Assembly: GCF_009914755.1 (NCBI RefSeq)
Contig: NC_060933.1
Source of the DNA: the human T2T-CHM13v2.0 reference genome, Homo sapiens
DNA: 64,000 nt
Strand: one strand, 5' to 3'
Numbering within the stretch: the stretch's first letter is position 1; every line of letters begins with the position of its first letter. The translations under genes were made by a program, and so were the position numbers. The notes under the pieces were generated by a model. That model had not been told where the DNA came from and did no database searches. It worked only from the letters and a program-made list of their open reading frames with translations. Shown here piece after piece: positions 1-13,179 of this stretch.

Positions 1-939
1 ATTCCATTCCATTCCGTTCCATTCCATTCCATTCCGTTCCATTCCATTTCATTACATTCAGATTGATTCTATTCAATTCCCTTACACTCCATTATATTCC
101 AATCCATTCTGGTTGTCTCCATTCCATTCCATTCCATTTCACTCCATTCCATTGCTCTCGGGTTGATTCCATTACATTCCATTCCATTGCATTCCATTCC
201 ATTCCATTCCGGATGATTCCATTCCATTGCATTCCATTCCATTCCATTCCCCTGCACTCGGGTTGATTCCATTCCATTCCATTACATTACATTCCGTTCT
301 ATTCCATTCCATTCCATTCGGATTGATTCTATTCAATTCCCTTACACTCCATTACATTCCATTCCATTCGGGTAGTTTCCATTCCATTCCATTCCATTCC
401 TCTCCATTCCATTGCACTCGGGTTGATTCAATTCCATTCCATTCCGTTCCATTCCATTACATTACATTACATTACATTCCGTTCCATTGTACTCGGGTTG
501 ATTCCATTCCATTGCATTCCATTCCATTCCATTCCATTCCATTCCGTTCCATTCCATTACATTCGGATTGATTCTGTTCAACTCCCTTACTCTCCATTAC
601 ATTCCATTCCATTCGGGTTGTTCCATTCCATTCCATTCCATTCCACTCCATTCCATTGCGCTTGGGTTGATTCCATTCCATTCCATTCCATTCCATTCCA
701 TTCCAATTCTTTCCATTCCATTCTATTCCGTACCATTCCATTCCATTCCATACAATTCCATTCCATTCCTTTCCACTCCGTTCCGTTCCGTTCCGTTCTG
801 TTCCATTCCATTCCATTCCATTCCATTCTATTCGGTTTAATTCCATTCCATTCCATTCCATTCCATTCCATTCTATTCCATTCCATTGCAATCGAGTTGA
901 ATCCATTGCATTCCATTCCATTCCATTCCATTCCATTCC

Positions 940-954
940 ATTCCGGAAGATTCC
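940..954. promoter_or_regulatory. Canonical three-unit heat-shock element (representative of ~35 copies)
   Basis: ATTCC-GGAAG-ATTCC matches nTTCn-nGAAn-nTTCn exactly. This is a sequence match only; binding at this locus is not demonstrated. Confidence 0.5.
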
Positions 955-1480
955 ATTCCATTGCATTCCATTCCATTCCATTCCATTCCATTCCATTCCA
1001 TTCCATTGTACTTGGGTTGATTCCATTCCATTGCATTCCATTCCATTCCATTCCATTCCATTCCATTCCGTTCCATTCCATTCCATTACATTCGGATTGA
1101 TTCTTTTCAACTCCCTTACTCTCCATTACATTCCATTCCATTCGGGTTGTTCCATTCCATTCCATTCCATTCCACTCCATTCCATTGCACTCGGGTTGAT
1201 TCCATTCCATTACATTCCATTCCATTCCGGATGATTCCATTCTATTGCATTCCGTTCCATTACATTCCCCTGCACTCGGGTTGATTCCATTCCATTCCTT
1301 TCCATTCCATTCGATTCCATTCCATTCCCCTGCACTCGCGTTGATTCCATTCCATTCCATTCCATTCCATTCCATTCCATTCCATTCCTTTCCGTTCCAT
1401 TCCATTCCATTCCATTCCATTCCGTTCCGTTCCATTCCATTCCATTCCATTCTATTCGGGTTAATTCCATTCCATTCCAT

Positions 1481-1494
1481 TCGATTGCAATCGA
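1481..1494. other. 14-bp perfect palindrome TCGATTGCAATCGA (representative of a recurring module)
   Basis: The sequence equals its own reverse complement. It recurs at e.g. 2919, 3782, 7212, 7252, 8510, 10472, 10722, 11575, 12488, 13496, 46001 and 56193. Confidence 0.9.
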
Positions 1495-4400
1495 GTTGAT
1501 TCCATTCCATTCCATTCCATTCCATTCCATTCCATTCCATTCCATTCCTTTCCATTCCATAACGGATGATTCCATTCCATTGCATTCCATTCCATTCCAT
1601 TCCCCTGTACTCAGGTTGATTCCATTCCATTCCATTCCAATCCATGCCATTCCACTCGTGTTGATTCCATTCTTTCCATTCCATTCAAGTTGAATCTATT
1701 CCATTGCCTTCCATTCCATTCCATTCCCCTGCAGTCGGGTTGATTCCATTCCATTCCATTCCATTCCATTCCATTCCATTCCATTCCATTCCGTTCCGTT
1801 CCATTCCATTCCATTCCATTCTATTCGGGTTAATTCCATTCCATTCCATTCCATTGCATTCCAATCGAGTTGATTCCATTCCATTCCATTCCATTCCAGT
1901 CCATTCCAGTCCTTTCCATTCCATTCCACTCGGGTTGATTCCAATGTATTCCTTTCCAATCCATTCCATTCCATTGCAATCGAGTTGATTCCATTGCTTT
2001 GCATTCCATTCCATTCCATTCCATTCCGGATGATTCCATTCCATTGCATTCCATTCCATTCCATTCCCCAGCACTCGGGTTGATTCCATTCCATTCCATT
2101 CCATTCCATTCCATTCCATTTCGTTCCATTCCATTCTATTCCGTATCATTCCATTCCATTCCATTCCATTCCATTCCATTCCATTCCATTCCATTCCATT
2201 GTACTCGGGTTGATTCAATTCCATTGCATTCCATTCCATTCCATTCCATTCCATTCCATTCCGTTGCATTCCATTCCATTACTTTCGGATTCATTCTATT
2301 CAACTCCCTTACTCTCCATTACATTCCATTCCATTCTGGTTGTTCCATTCCATTCCATTCCATTCCACTCCATTCCATTGCACTCGGGTTGATTCCATTC
2401 CATTCCATTCCATTCCATTCCATTCCGGATGATTCCATTCCATTGCATTCCTTTCCATTACATTCCCCTGCACTCGCGTTGATTCCATTGCATTCCATTC
2501 CATTACATTCAATTCCATTCCATTTCAATTCGTTCCATTCCATTCTATTCCGTACCATTCCATTCCATTCCCTACAATTCCATTCCATTCCATTCCGTTC
2601 CATTCCGTTCCATTGCATTCCATTCCATTCTATTCGGATTAATTCCATTCCATTCCATTCCATTCCATTCTATTCCATTCCATTGCAATCGAGTTGACTC
2701 CATTGCATTTCATTCCATTCCATTCCATTCCATTCCATTCCGGAAGATTCCATTCCATTGCATTCCATTCCATTCCATTCCCCTGCACTCGCGTTGATTC
2801 CATTCCATTCCATTCCATTCCGTTCCGTTCCATTCCATTCCATTCCATTCCATTCCATTCCGTTCCGTTCCATTCCATTCCATTCCATTCTATTCGGGTT
2901 AATTCCATTCCATTCCATTCGATTGCAATCGATTTGATTCCATTCCATTCCATTCCACTCCATTCCATTCCATTCCATTCCATTCCATTCCTTTCCATTC
3001 CATTACGGTTGATTCCATTCCATTTCATTCCATTCCATTCCATTCCTCTGTACTCGGGTTGATTCCATTCCATCCCATTCCAATCCATGCCATTCCACTC
3101 GTGTTGATTCCATTCTTTCCATTCCATTCAAGTTGAATCCATTCCATTGCATTCCATTCCATTCGATTCCATTTGATTGCACTCGGTTTGATTCCATTCC
3201 ATTGCATTCCATTCCATTCCATTCCATTCCATTCCATTCCATTCCGTTCCATTCCCTTCCATTACATTCGGATTGATTCTATTCAATTCCCTTACACTCC
3301 ATTACATTCCATTCGGGTAGTTTCCATTGCATTCCATTCCATTCCTCTCCATTCCATTGCACTCGGGTTGATTCCATTCCATTGCATTCCATTCCATTCC
3401 ATTCAATTCCATTCCGTTCCATTCCATTCCATTACATTCGGATTGATTCTATTCAACTCCCTTACTCTCCATTACATTCCATTCCATTCGGGTTGTTCCA
3501 TTCCATTCCATTCCATTCCACTCCATTCCATTGCAATCGGGTTGATTCCATTCAATTCCATTCCATTCCATTCCATTCCATTCCGGAAGATTCCATTCCA
3601 TTGCATTCCATTCCATTCCATTCTCCTGCACTCGCGTTGATTCCATTCCATTCCATTCTATTCCATTCCATTCCCTTCCTTTCCGTTCCATTCCATTCCA
3701 TTCCATTCCATTCCATTCCGTTCCGTTCCGTTCCATTCCATTCCATTCCATTCTATTCGGGTTAATTCCACTCCATTCCATTCGATTGCAATCGAGTTGA
3801 TTCCATTCCATTCCATTCCATTCCATTCCATTCCTTTCCATTCCATTACGGATGATTCCATTCCATTGCATTCCATTCCATTCCATTCCGCTGTACTCGG
3901 GTTGATTCCATTCCATTACATTCCAATCCATGCCATTCCACTCGTGTTGATTCCATTCTTTCCATTCCATTCAAGTTGAATCCATTCCATTGCATTCCAT
4001 TCCATTCGATTCCATTCGATTGCACTCGGGTTGATTCCATTCCACTGCATTCCATTCCATTCCATTCCATTCCATTCCATTCCATTCCGTTCCATTCCAT
4101 TCCATTACATTCGGATTGATTCTATTCAATTCCCTTAGACTCCATTACATTCCATTCCATTCGGGTAGTTTCCATTCCATTCCATTCCATTTCTCTCCAT
4201 TCCATTGAACTCGGGTTGATTCCATTCCATTCCATTCCATTCCATTCCATTCAATTCCATTCCGTTCCATTCCATTCCATTACATTCGGATTGATTCTAT
4301 TCAACTCCCTTACTCTCCATTACATTCCATTCCATTCGGGTTGTTCCATTCCATTCCATTCCATTTCACTCCATTCCATTGCACTCGGGTTTATTCCATT

Positions 4401-7400
4401 CCATTCCATTCCATTCCATTCCATTCCATTCCATTCCGGAAGATTCCATTCCATTGCATTCCATTCCATTCCATTGCCCTGCACTCGCGTTGATTCCATT
4501 CCATTCCATTCCATTCCATTCCATTCCATTCCATTCCTTTCCGTTCCATTCCATTCCATTCCATTCCATTCCAATCCATTCCATTCCGTTCCGTTCCATT
4601 CCATTCCATTCCATTCCATTCTATTCGGGTTAATTGCATTCCATTCCGTTCGATTACAATCGAGTTGATTCCATTCCATTCCATTCCATTCCATTCCATT
4701 CCTTTCCATTCCATTACGGATATTTCCATTCCATTGCATTCCATTCCATTCCATTCCTCTGTACTCGGGTTGATTCCATTCCATTCCATTCCAATCCATG
4801 CCATTCCACTCGTGTTGATTCCATTCTTTCCATTTCATTCAAGTTGAATCCATTCCTTTGCATTCCATTCCATTCCATTCCCCTGCAGTCGGGTTGTTTC
4901 CATTCCATTCCATTCCATTCCCCTGCTGTCGGGTTGTTTCCATTCCATTCCATTCCATTCCATTCCATTCCATTCCGTTCCGTTCCATTCCATTCCATTC
5001 CATTCTATTCGGTTTAATTCCATTCCATTCCATTCCATTCCATTCCATTCCATTCCAATCGAGTTGATTCCATTCCATTCCATTCCATTCCATTGCACTT
5101 CATTCCAGTCCTTTCCATTCCATTCCACTCGGGTTGATTCCAATGTATTCCTTTCCATTCCATTCCATTCCATTGCAATCGAGTTGATTCCATTGCTTTG
5201 CATTCCATTCCATTCCATTCCATTCCGGATGATTCCATTCCATTGCATTCCATTCCATTCCATTCCCCTGCACTCGGGTTGATTCCATTCCATTCCACTC
5301 CATTCCGTTCCATTCCATTCCATTGCATTGTATTCGGGTTAATTCCATTCCATTCCATTCCATTCCATTCCATTACATTACAATCGAGTTGATTCCATTC
5401 CATTCCATTCCATTCCAGTCCTTTCCATTCCATTCCACTCGGGTTGATTCCATTCTATTAGTTTCCATTCCATTCCATTCCCTTCCATTCCACTCTGGTT
5501 GATTCCATTCCTTTCCATTCCACTCGAATACATTCCCTCCTATTCCACTCGGAACGATTCCATTCCATTCCATTCCATTCCATTCCATTCCATTCCATTC
5601 CATTCCATTTCGTTCCATTCCATTCTATTCCGTGTCCTTCCATTCCATTCCATTCCATTCCATTCCATTCCCCTGCAGTCGGGTTGTTTCCATTCCATTC
5701 CATTCCCTTCCATTCCATTCCATTCCATTCCATTCCGATCCGTTCCATTCCATTCCATTCCATTCTATTCGGGTTAATTCCATTCCATTCCATTCCATTC
5801 CATTCCATTCCTTTCCATTCCAATCGAGTTGATTCCATTCCATTCCATTCCATTCCATTCCACTCCATTCCAGTCCTTTCCATTCCATTCCACTCAGGTT
5901 GATTCCAATGTATTCCTTTCCATTCCATTCCATTCCATTGCAATCGAGTTGATTCCATTGCTTTGCATTCCATTCCATTCCTTTCCATTCCGGATGATTC
6001 CATTCCATTGCATTCCATTCCATTCCATTCCTCTCCATTCCATTGCACTCGGGTTGATTCCATTCCATTCCATTCCATTCCATTCCATTCCATTACATTA
6101 CATTACATTACATTCCGTTCCTTTGTACTCGGGTTGATTCCATTCCATTGCATTCCATTCCCTTCCATTCCATTCCGTTCCATTCCATTACATTCGGATT
6201 GATTCAATTCAACTCCCTTACTCTCCATTACATTCCATTCCATTCGGGTTGTTCCATTCCATTCCATTCCATTCCACTCCATTCCATTGCGCTCGGGTTG
6301 ATTCCATTCCATTCCATTCCATTCCATTCCATTCCATTCCATTCCGGATGATTCCATTCCATTGCATTCCGTCCCATTACATTCCCTTGCACTCGGGTTG
6401 ATTCCATTCCATTCCATTCCATTCCATTCGATTCCATTCCATTCCAATTCTTTCCATTCCATTCTATTCCGTACCATTCCATTCCATTCCATACAATTCC
6501 ATTCCATTCCATTCCACTCCGTTCCGTTCCTTTCCGTTCTGTTCCGTTCCATTCCATTCCATTCCATTCTATTCGGTTTAATTCCATTCCATTCCATTCC
6601 ATTCCATTCCATTCCATTCCATTCCATTCTATTCCATTCCATTGCAATCGAGTTGAATCCATTGCATTCCATTCCATTCCATTCCATTCCATTCCGGAAG
6701 CTTCCATTCCATTGCATTCCATTCCATTCCATTCCATTCCATTCCATTCCATTCCATTGTACTCGGGTTGATTCCATTCCATTGCATTCCATTCCATTCC
6801 ATTCCATTCCGTTCCATTCCATTCCATTACATTCGGATTGATTCTTTTCAACTCCCTTACTCTCCATTACATTCCATTCCATTCGGGTTGTTCCATTCCA
6901 TTCCATTCCATTCCACTCCATTCCATTGCACTCGGGTTGATTCCATTCCATTCCATTCCGGATGATTCCATTCCATTGCATTCCGTTCCATTACATTCCC
7001 CTGCACTCGGGTTGATTCCATTCCATTCCTTTCCATTCCATTCGATTCCATTCCATTCCCCTGCACGCGCGTTGATTCCATTCCATTCCATTCCATTCCA
7101 TTCCATTCCATTCCATTCCTTTCCGTTCCATTCCATTCCATTCCATTCCATTCCGTTCCGTTCCATACCATTCCATTCCATTCTATTCGGGTTAATTCCA
7201 TTCCATTCCATTCGATTGCAATCGAGTTGATTCCATTCCATTCCATACCATTCGATTGCAATCGAGTTGATTCCATTCCATTCCATTCCATTCCATTCCA
7301 TTCCAGTCCTTTCCATTCCTTTCCATTCCATTACTGATGATTCCATTCTATTGCATTCCATTCCATTCCATTACCCTGTACTCGGGTTGATTCCATTCCA

Positions 7401-10400
7401 TTCCATTCCAATCCATGCCATTCCACTCGTGTTGATTCCATTCTTTCCTTTCCATTCAAGTTGAATCCATTCCATTGCATTCCATTCCATTCGATTCCAT
7501 TCGATTGCACTCGGGTTGATTCCATTCCATTGCATTCCATTCCATTCCATTCCATTCCGTTCCATTCCATTTCATTACATTCAGATTGATTCTATTCCAT
7601 TCCCTTACACTCCAATATATTCCAATCCATTCTGGTTGTTTCCATTCCATTCCATTCCATTTCACTCCATTCCATTGCACTCGGGTTGATTCCATTCCAT
7701 TCCATTCCATTGCATTCCATTCCATTCCATTCCGGATGATTCCATTCCATTGCATTCCATTCCATTCCATTCACCTGCACTCGGGTTGATTCCATTTCAT
7801 TCCATTCCATTACATTCCGTTCCATTCCATTCCATTCCATTCGGATTGATTCTATTCAATTCCCTTACGCTCCATTACATTCCATTCCATTCGGGTAGTT
7901 TCCATTCCATTCCATTCCATTCCTCTCCATTCCATTGCACTCGGGTTGATTCCATTCCATTCCATTCCATTCCATTCCATTCCATTCCATTCCATTCCAT
8001 TACATTCCGTTCCATTGTACTCGGGTTGATTCCATTCCATTGCATTCCATTCCATTCCATTCCATTCCATTCCATTCCATTCCATTCTGTTCCATTCCAT
8101 TACATTCGGAGTGATTCTATTCAACTCCCTTACTCTCCATTACATTCCATTCCATTCGGGTTGTTCCATTCCATTCCATTCCATTCCACTCCATTCCATT
8201 GCACTCGGGTTGATTCCATTCCATTCCATTCCATTCCATTCCATTCCATTCCATTCCGGATGATTCCATTCCATTGCATTCTTTTGCATTACATTCCCCT
8301 GTACTCGGGTTGATTCCATTCCATTCCATTCCATTCCATACGATTCCATTCCATTCCAATTCTTTCCATTCCATTCTATTCCGTACCATGCCATTCCATT
8401 CCATACAATTCCATTCCATTCCATTCCACTCCGTTCCGTTCCATTCCGTTCCGTTCCGTTCCATTCCATTCCATTCCATTCTATTCGGGTTAATTCCATT
8501 CCATTCCATTCGATTGCAATCGAGTTGATTCCATTCCATTCCATTCCATTCCATTCCATTCCATTCCTTTCCATTCCATTACGGATGATTCCATTCCATT
8601 GCATTGCATTCCATTCCATTCCCCTGTACTCGGGTTGATTCCATTCCATTCCATTCCAATCCATGCCATTCCACTCGTGTTGATTCCATTCTTTCCATTC
8701 CGTTCAAGTTGAATCCATTCCATTGCCTTCCATTCCATCCCATTCCCCTGCAGTCGGGTTGATTCCATTCCATTCCATTCCATTCCATTCCATTCCATTC
8801 CATTCCGTTCCGTTCCGTTCCATTCCATTCCATTCCATTGTATTCGGGTTAATTCCATTCCATTCCATTCCATTCCATTCCAATCGAGTTGATTCCATTC
8901 CATTCCATTCCATTCCATTCCACTGCATTCCAGTCCTTTCCATTACATTCCACTCGGGTTGATTCCAATGTATTCCCTTCCATTCCATTCCATTCCATTG
9001 CAATCGAGTTGATTCCATTGCTTTGCATTCCATTCCATTCCGGATGATACCATTCCATTGCATTCCATTCCATTAGATTCCCCTGCACTCGGGTTGATTC
9101 CATTCCATTCCACTCCATTCCGTTCCATTCCATTCCATTCCATTTTATTCGGGTTAATTCCATTGCATTCCATTCCATTCCATTCCATTCCATTCCATTC
9201 CGTTGCATTCCATTCCATTACATTCGGATTGATTCTATTCAACTCCCTTACTCTCCATTACATTCCATTCCATTCGGGTTGTTCCATTCCATTCCATTCC
9301 ATTCCATTCCATTCCATTGCACTCGGGTTGATTCCATTCCATTCCATTCCATTCCATTCCATTGCGGATGATTCCATTCCATTGCATTCCGTTCCATTAC
9401 ATTCCCCTGCACTCGCGTTGATTCCATTCCATTCCATTCCATTCCATTCAATTCCATTCCATTACAATTCGTTCCATTCCATTCTATTCCGTACCATTCC
9501 ATGCCGTTCCATACCATTCCATTCCATTCCATTCCATTCCGTTCCATTCCGTTCCATTACATTCCATTCCATTCTATTCGAATTAATTCCATTCCATTCC
9601 ATTCCATTCCATTCTATTCCATTCCATTGCAATCGAGTTGAACCCATTGCATTTCATTCCATTCCATTCCATTCCATTCCATTCCGGAAGATTCCATTCC
9701 ATTGCATTCCATTCCAATCCATTCCCCTGCACTCGAGTTGATTCCATTCCATTCCATTCCATTCCATTCCATTCCGTTCCGTTCCGTTCCATTCCAATCC
9801 ATTACATTCGGATTCATTCTATTCAACTCCCTTACTCTCCATTACATTCCATTCCATTCGGGTTGTTCCATTCCATTCCATTCCATTCCACTCCATTCCA
9901 TTGCACTCGGGTTGATTCCATTCCATTCCATTCCATTCCATTCCATTCCATTCCATTCCGGAAGATTCCATTCCATTGCATTCCATTCCATTCCATTCCC
10001 CTGCACTCGCGTTGATTCCATTCCATTCCATTCTATTCCATTCCATTCCCTTCCTTTTCGTTCCATTCCATTCCATTCCATTCTATTCCATTCTATTCGG
10101 GTTAATTCCTTTCCATTCCATTCCATTCCATTACAATCGAGTTGATTCCATTCCATTCCATTCCATTCCAGTCTTTTCCATTCCATTCCTCTCGGGTTGA
10201 TTCCACTCTATTAGTTTCCATTCCATTCCATTCCCTTCCATTCCACTCTGGTTGATTCCATTCCTTTCCATTCCACTCGAATACATTCCCTCCTATTCCA
10301 CTCGTAACGATTCCATTCCATTCCATTCCATTCCATTCCATTCCATTCCATTTCGTTCCATTCCATTCTATTCCGTATCATTCCATTCCATTCCATTCCC

Positions 10401-13179
10401 TTCCATTCCATTCCATTCCATTCCATTTCGTTCCATTCCATTCTATTCGGGTTAATTCCATTCCATTCCATTCGATTGCAATCGAGTTGATTCCATTCCA
10501 TTCCATTCCATTCCATTCCATTCCATTCCATTCCGGAAGATTCCATTCCATTGCATTCCATTCCATTCCATTCCCCTGCACTCGCGTTGATTCCATTCCA
10601 TTCCATTCCATTCCATTCCGTTCCGTTCCGTTCCATTCCATTCTATTCCATTCCATTCCATTCCGTTCCGTTCCATTCCATTCCATTCCATTCTATTCGG
10701 GTTAATTCCATTCCATTCCATTCGATTGCAATCGAGTTGATTCCATTCCATTCCATTCCATTCCATTCCATTCCTTTCCATTCCATTACGGATGATTCCA
10801 TTCCATTGCATTCCATTCCATTCCATTCCCCTGTACTCGGGTTGATTCCATTCCATTCCATTCCAATCCATGCCATTCCACTCGTGTTGATTCCATTCTT
10901 TCCATTCCATTCAAGTTGAATCCATTCCATTGCATTCCATTCCATTCGATTCCATTCGATTGCACTCGGGTTGATTCCATTCCATTGCATTCCATTCCAT
11001 TCTATTCCATTCCATTCCATTCCATTCCATTCCATTCCATTCCATTCCATTCCATTACATTCGAATTGATTCTATTCAATTCCCTTACACTCCATTACAT
11101 TCCATTCCATTCGGGTAGTTTCCATTCAATTCCATTCCATTCCTCTCCATTCCATTGCACTCGGGTTGATTCCATTCCATTGCATTCCATTCCATTCCAT
11201 TCAATTCCATTCCGTTCCATTCCGTTCCATTACATTCGGATTGATTCTATTCAACTCCCTTACTCTCCATTACATTCCATTCCATTCGGGTTGTTCCATT
11301 CCATTCCATTCCATTCCACTCCATTCCATTGCACTCGGGTTGATTCCATTCCATTCCATTCCATTCCATTCCGGAAGATTCCATTCCATTGCATTCCATT
11401 CCATTCCATTCCCCTGCACTCGCGTTGATTCCATTCCATTCCATTCTATTCCATTCCATTCCCTTCCTTTCCGTTCCATTCCATTCCATTCCATTCCATT
11501 CCATTCCATTCCGTTCCGTTCCATTCCATTCCATTCCATTCCATTCTATTCGGGTTAATTCCATTCCATTCCATTCGATTGCAATCGAGTTGATTCCATT
11601 CCATTCCATTCCATTCCATTCCATTCAATTCCATTCCTTTCCATTCCATTACGGATGATTCCATTCCATTGCATTCCATTCCATTCCATTCCCCTGTACT
11701 CGGGTTGATTCCATTCCATTCCATTCCAATCCATGCCATTCCACTCGTGTTGATTCCATTCTTTCCATTCCATTCAAGTTGAATCCATTCCATTGCATTC
11801 TTTTCCATTCGATTCCATTCGATTGCACTCGGGTTGATTCCATTCCATTGCATTCCATTCCATTCCAATCCATTCCATTCCATTCCATTCCATTCCGTTC
11901 AATTCCATTCCAATCCATTCCATTCCATTCCATTCCATTCCGTTTCATTCCATTCCATTACATTCGGATTGATTCTATTCAATTCCCTTACACTCCATTA
12001 CATTCCATTCCATTCGGGTAGTTTCCATTAAATTCCATTCCATTCCTCTCCATTCCATTGAACTCGGGTTGATTCCATTCCATTGCATTCCATTCCATTC
12101 CATTCAATTCCATTCCGTTCCATTCCATTCCATTACATTCGGATTGATTCTATTCAACTCCCTTACTCTCCATTACATTCCATTCCATTCGGGTTGTTCC
12201 ATTCCATTCCATTCCATTCCACTCCATTCCATTGCACTCGGGTTTATTCCATTCCATTCCATTCCATTCCATTCCATTCCATTCCGTTCCATTCCGGAAG
12301 ATTCCATTCCATTGCATTCCATTCCATTCCATTCCCCTGCACTCGCTTTGATTCCATTCCATTCCATTCCATTCCATTTCATTCCATTCCTTTCCGTTCC
12401 ATTCCATTCCATTCCATTCCATTCCGTTCCGTTCCGTTCCATTCCATTCCATTCCATTCTATTCGGGTTAATTCCATTCCATTCCATTCGATTGCAATCG
12501 AGTTGATTCCATTCCATTCCATTCCATTCCATTCCATTCCATTCCATTCCATTCCTTTCCATTTCATTACGGATGATTCCATTCCATTGCATTCCATTCC
12601 ATTCCATTCCCCTGTACTCGGGTTGATTCCATTCCATTCCATTCCAATCCATGCCATTCCACTCGTGTTGATTCCATTCTTTCCATTCCATTCAAGTTGA
12701 ATCCATTCCATTGCATTCCATTCCATTCCATTCCCCTGCAGTCGGGTTGATTCCATTCCATTCCATTCCATTCCATTCCATTCAATTCCATTCCATTACA
12801 ATTCGTTCCATAACATTCTATTCCGTAGCATTCCGTTCCATTCCATAACATTCCATTCCATTCCATTCCATTCCATTCCATTCCGTTCCATTCTGTTCCA
12901 TTCCATTCCATTCCATTCTATTCAGATTAATTCCATTCCATTCCATTCCATTCCATTCCATTCCATTCCGGATGATTCCATTCGATTGCATTCCGTTCCA
13001 TTACATTCCCCTGCACTCGCGTTGATTCCATTCCATTCCATTCCATTCCATTCAATTCCATTCCATTACAATTCGTTCCATTCCATTCTATTCTGTACCA
13101 TTCCATTCCATTCCATACCATACCATTCCATTCCATTCCATTCCATTCCGTTCCATTCCGTTCCATTCCATTCCATTCC

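Larger units (their letters stand above)
1..7990 (+). repeat. Segmental copy 1 of >=8 kb block (paralog at ~22290-30175)
   Basis: Near-identical ORF translations at constant offsets: 3173/25459 and 3449/25735 (+22286), 4714/27010 (+22296), 6838/29024 and 7586/29772 (+22186). Shared private markers CCCTGCTGTCGGG, CCGATCCG, ACGCGCGT, CTTACGCTCC. The left end lies outside the window. Confidence 0.9.

Noticed and set aside
5540-5562. CTCGGAACGATTCC and CTCGAATAC as additional HSEs
   Set aside because: Their GAA is out of register with the flanking TTC units (not a 2-bp spacer), unlike GGAAG.
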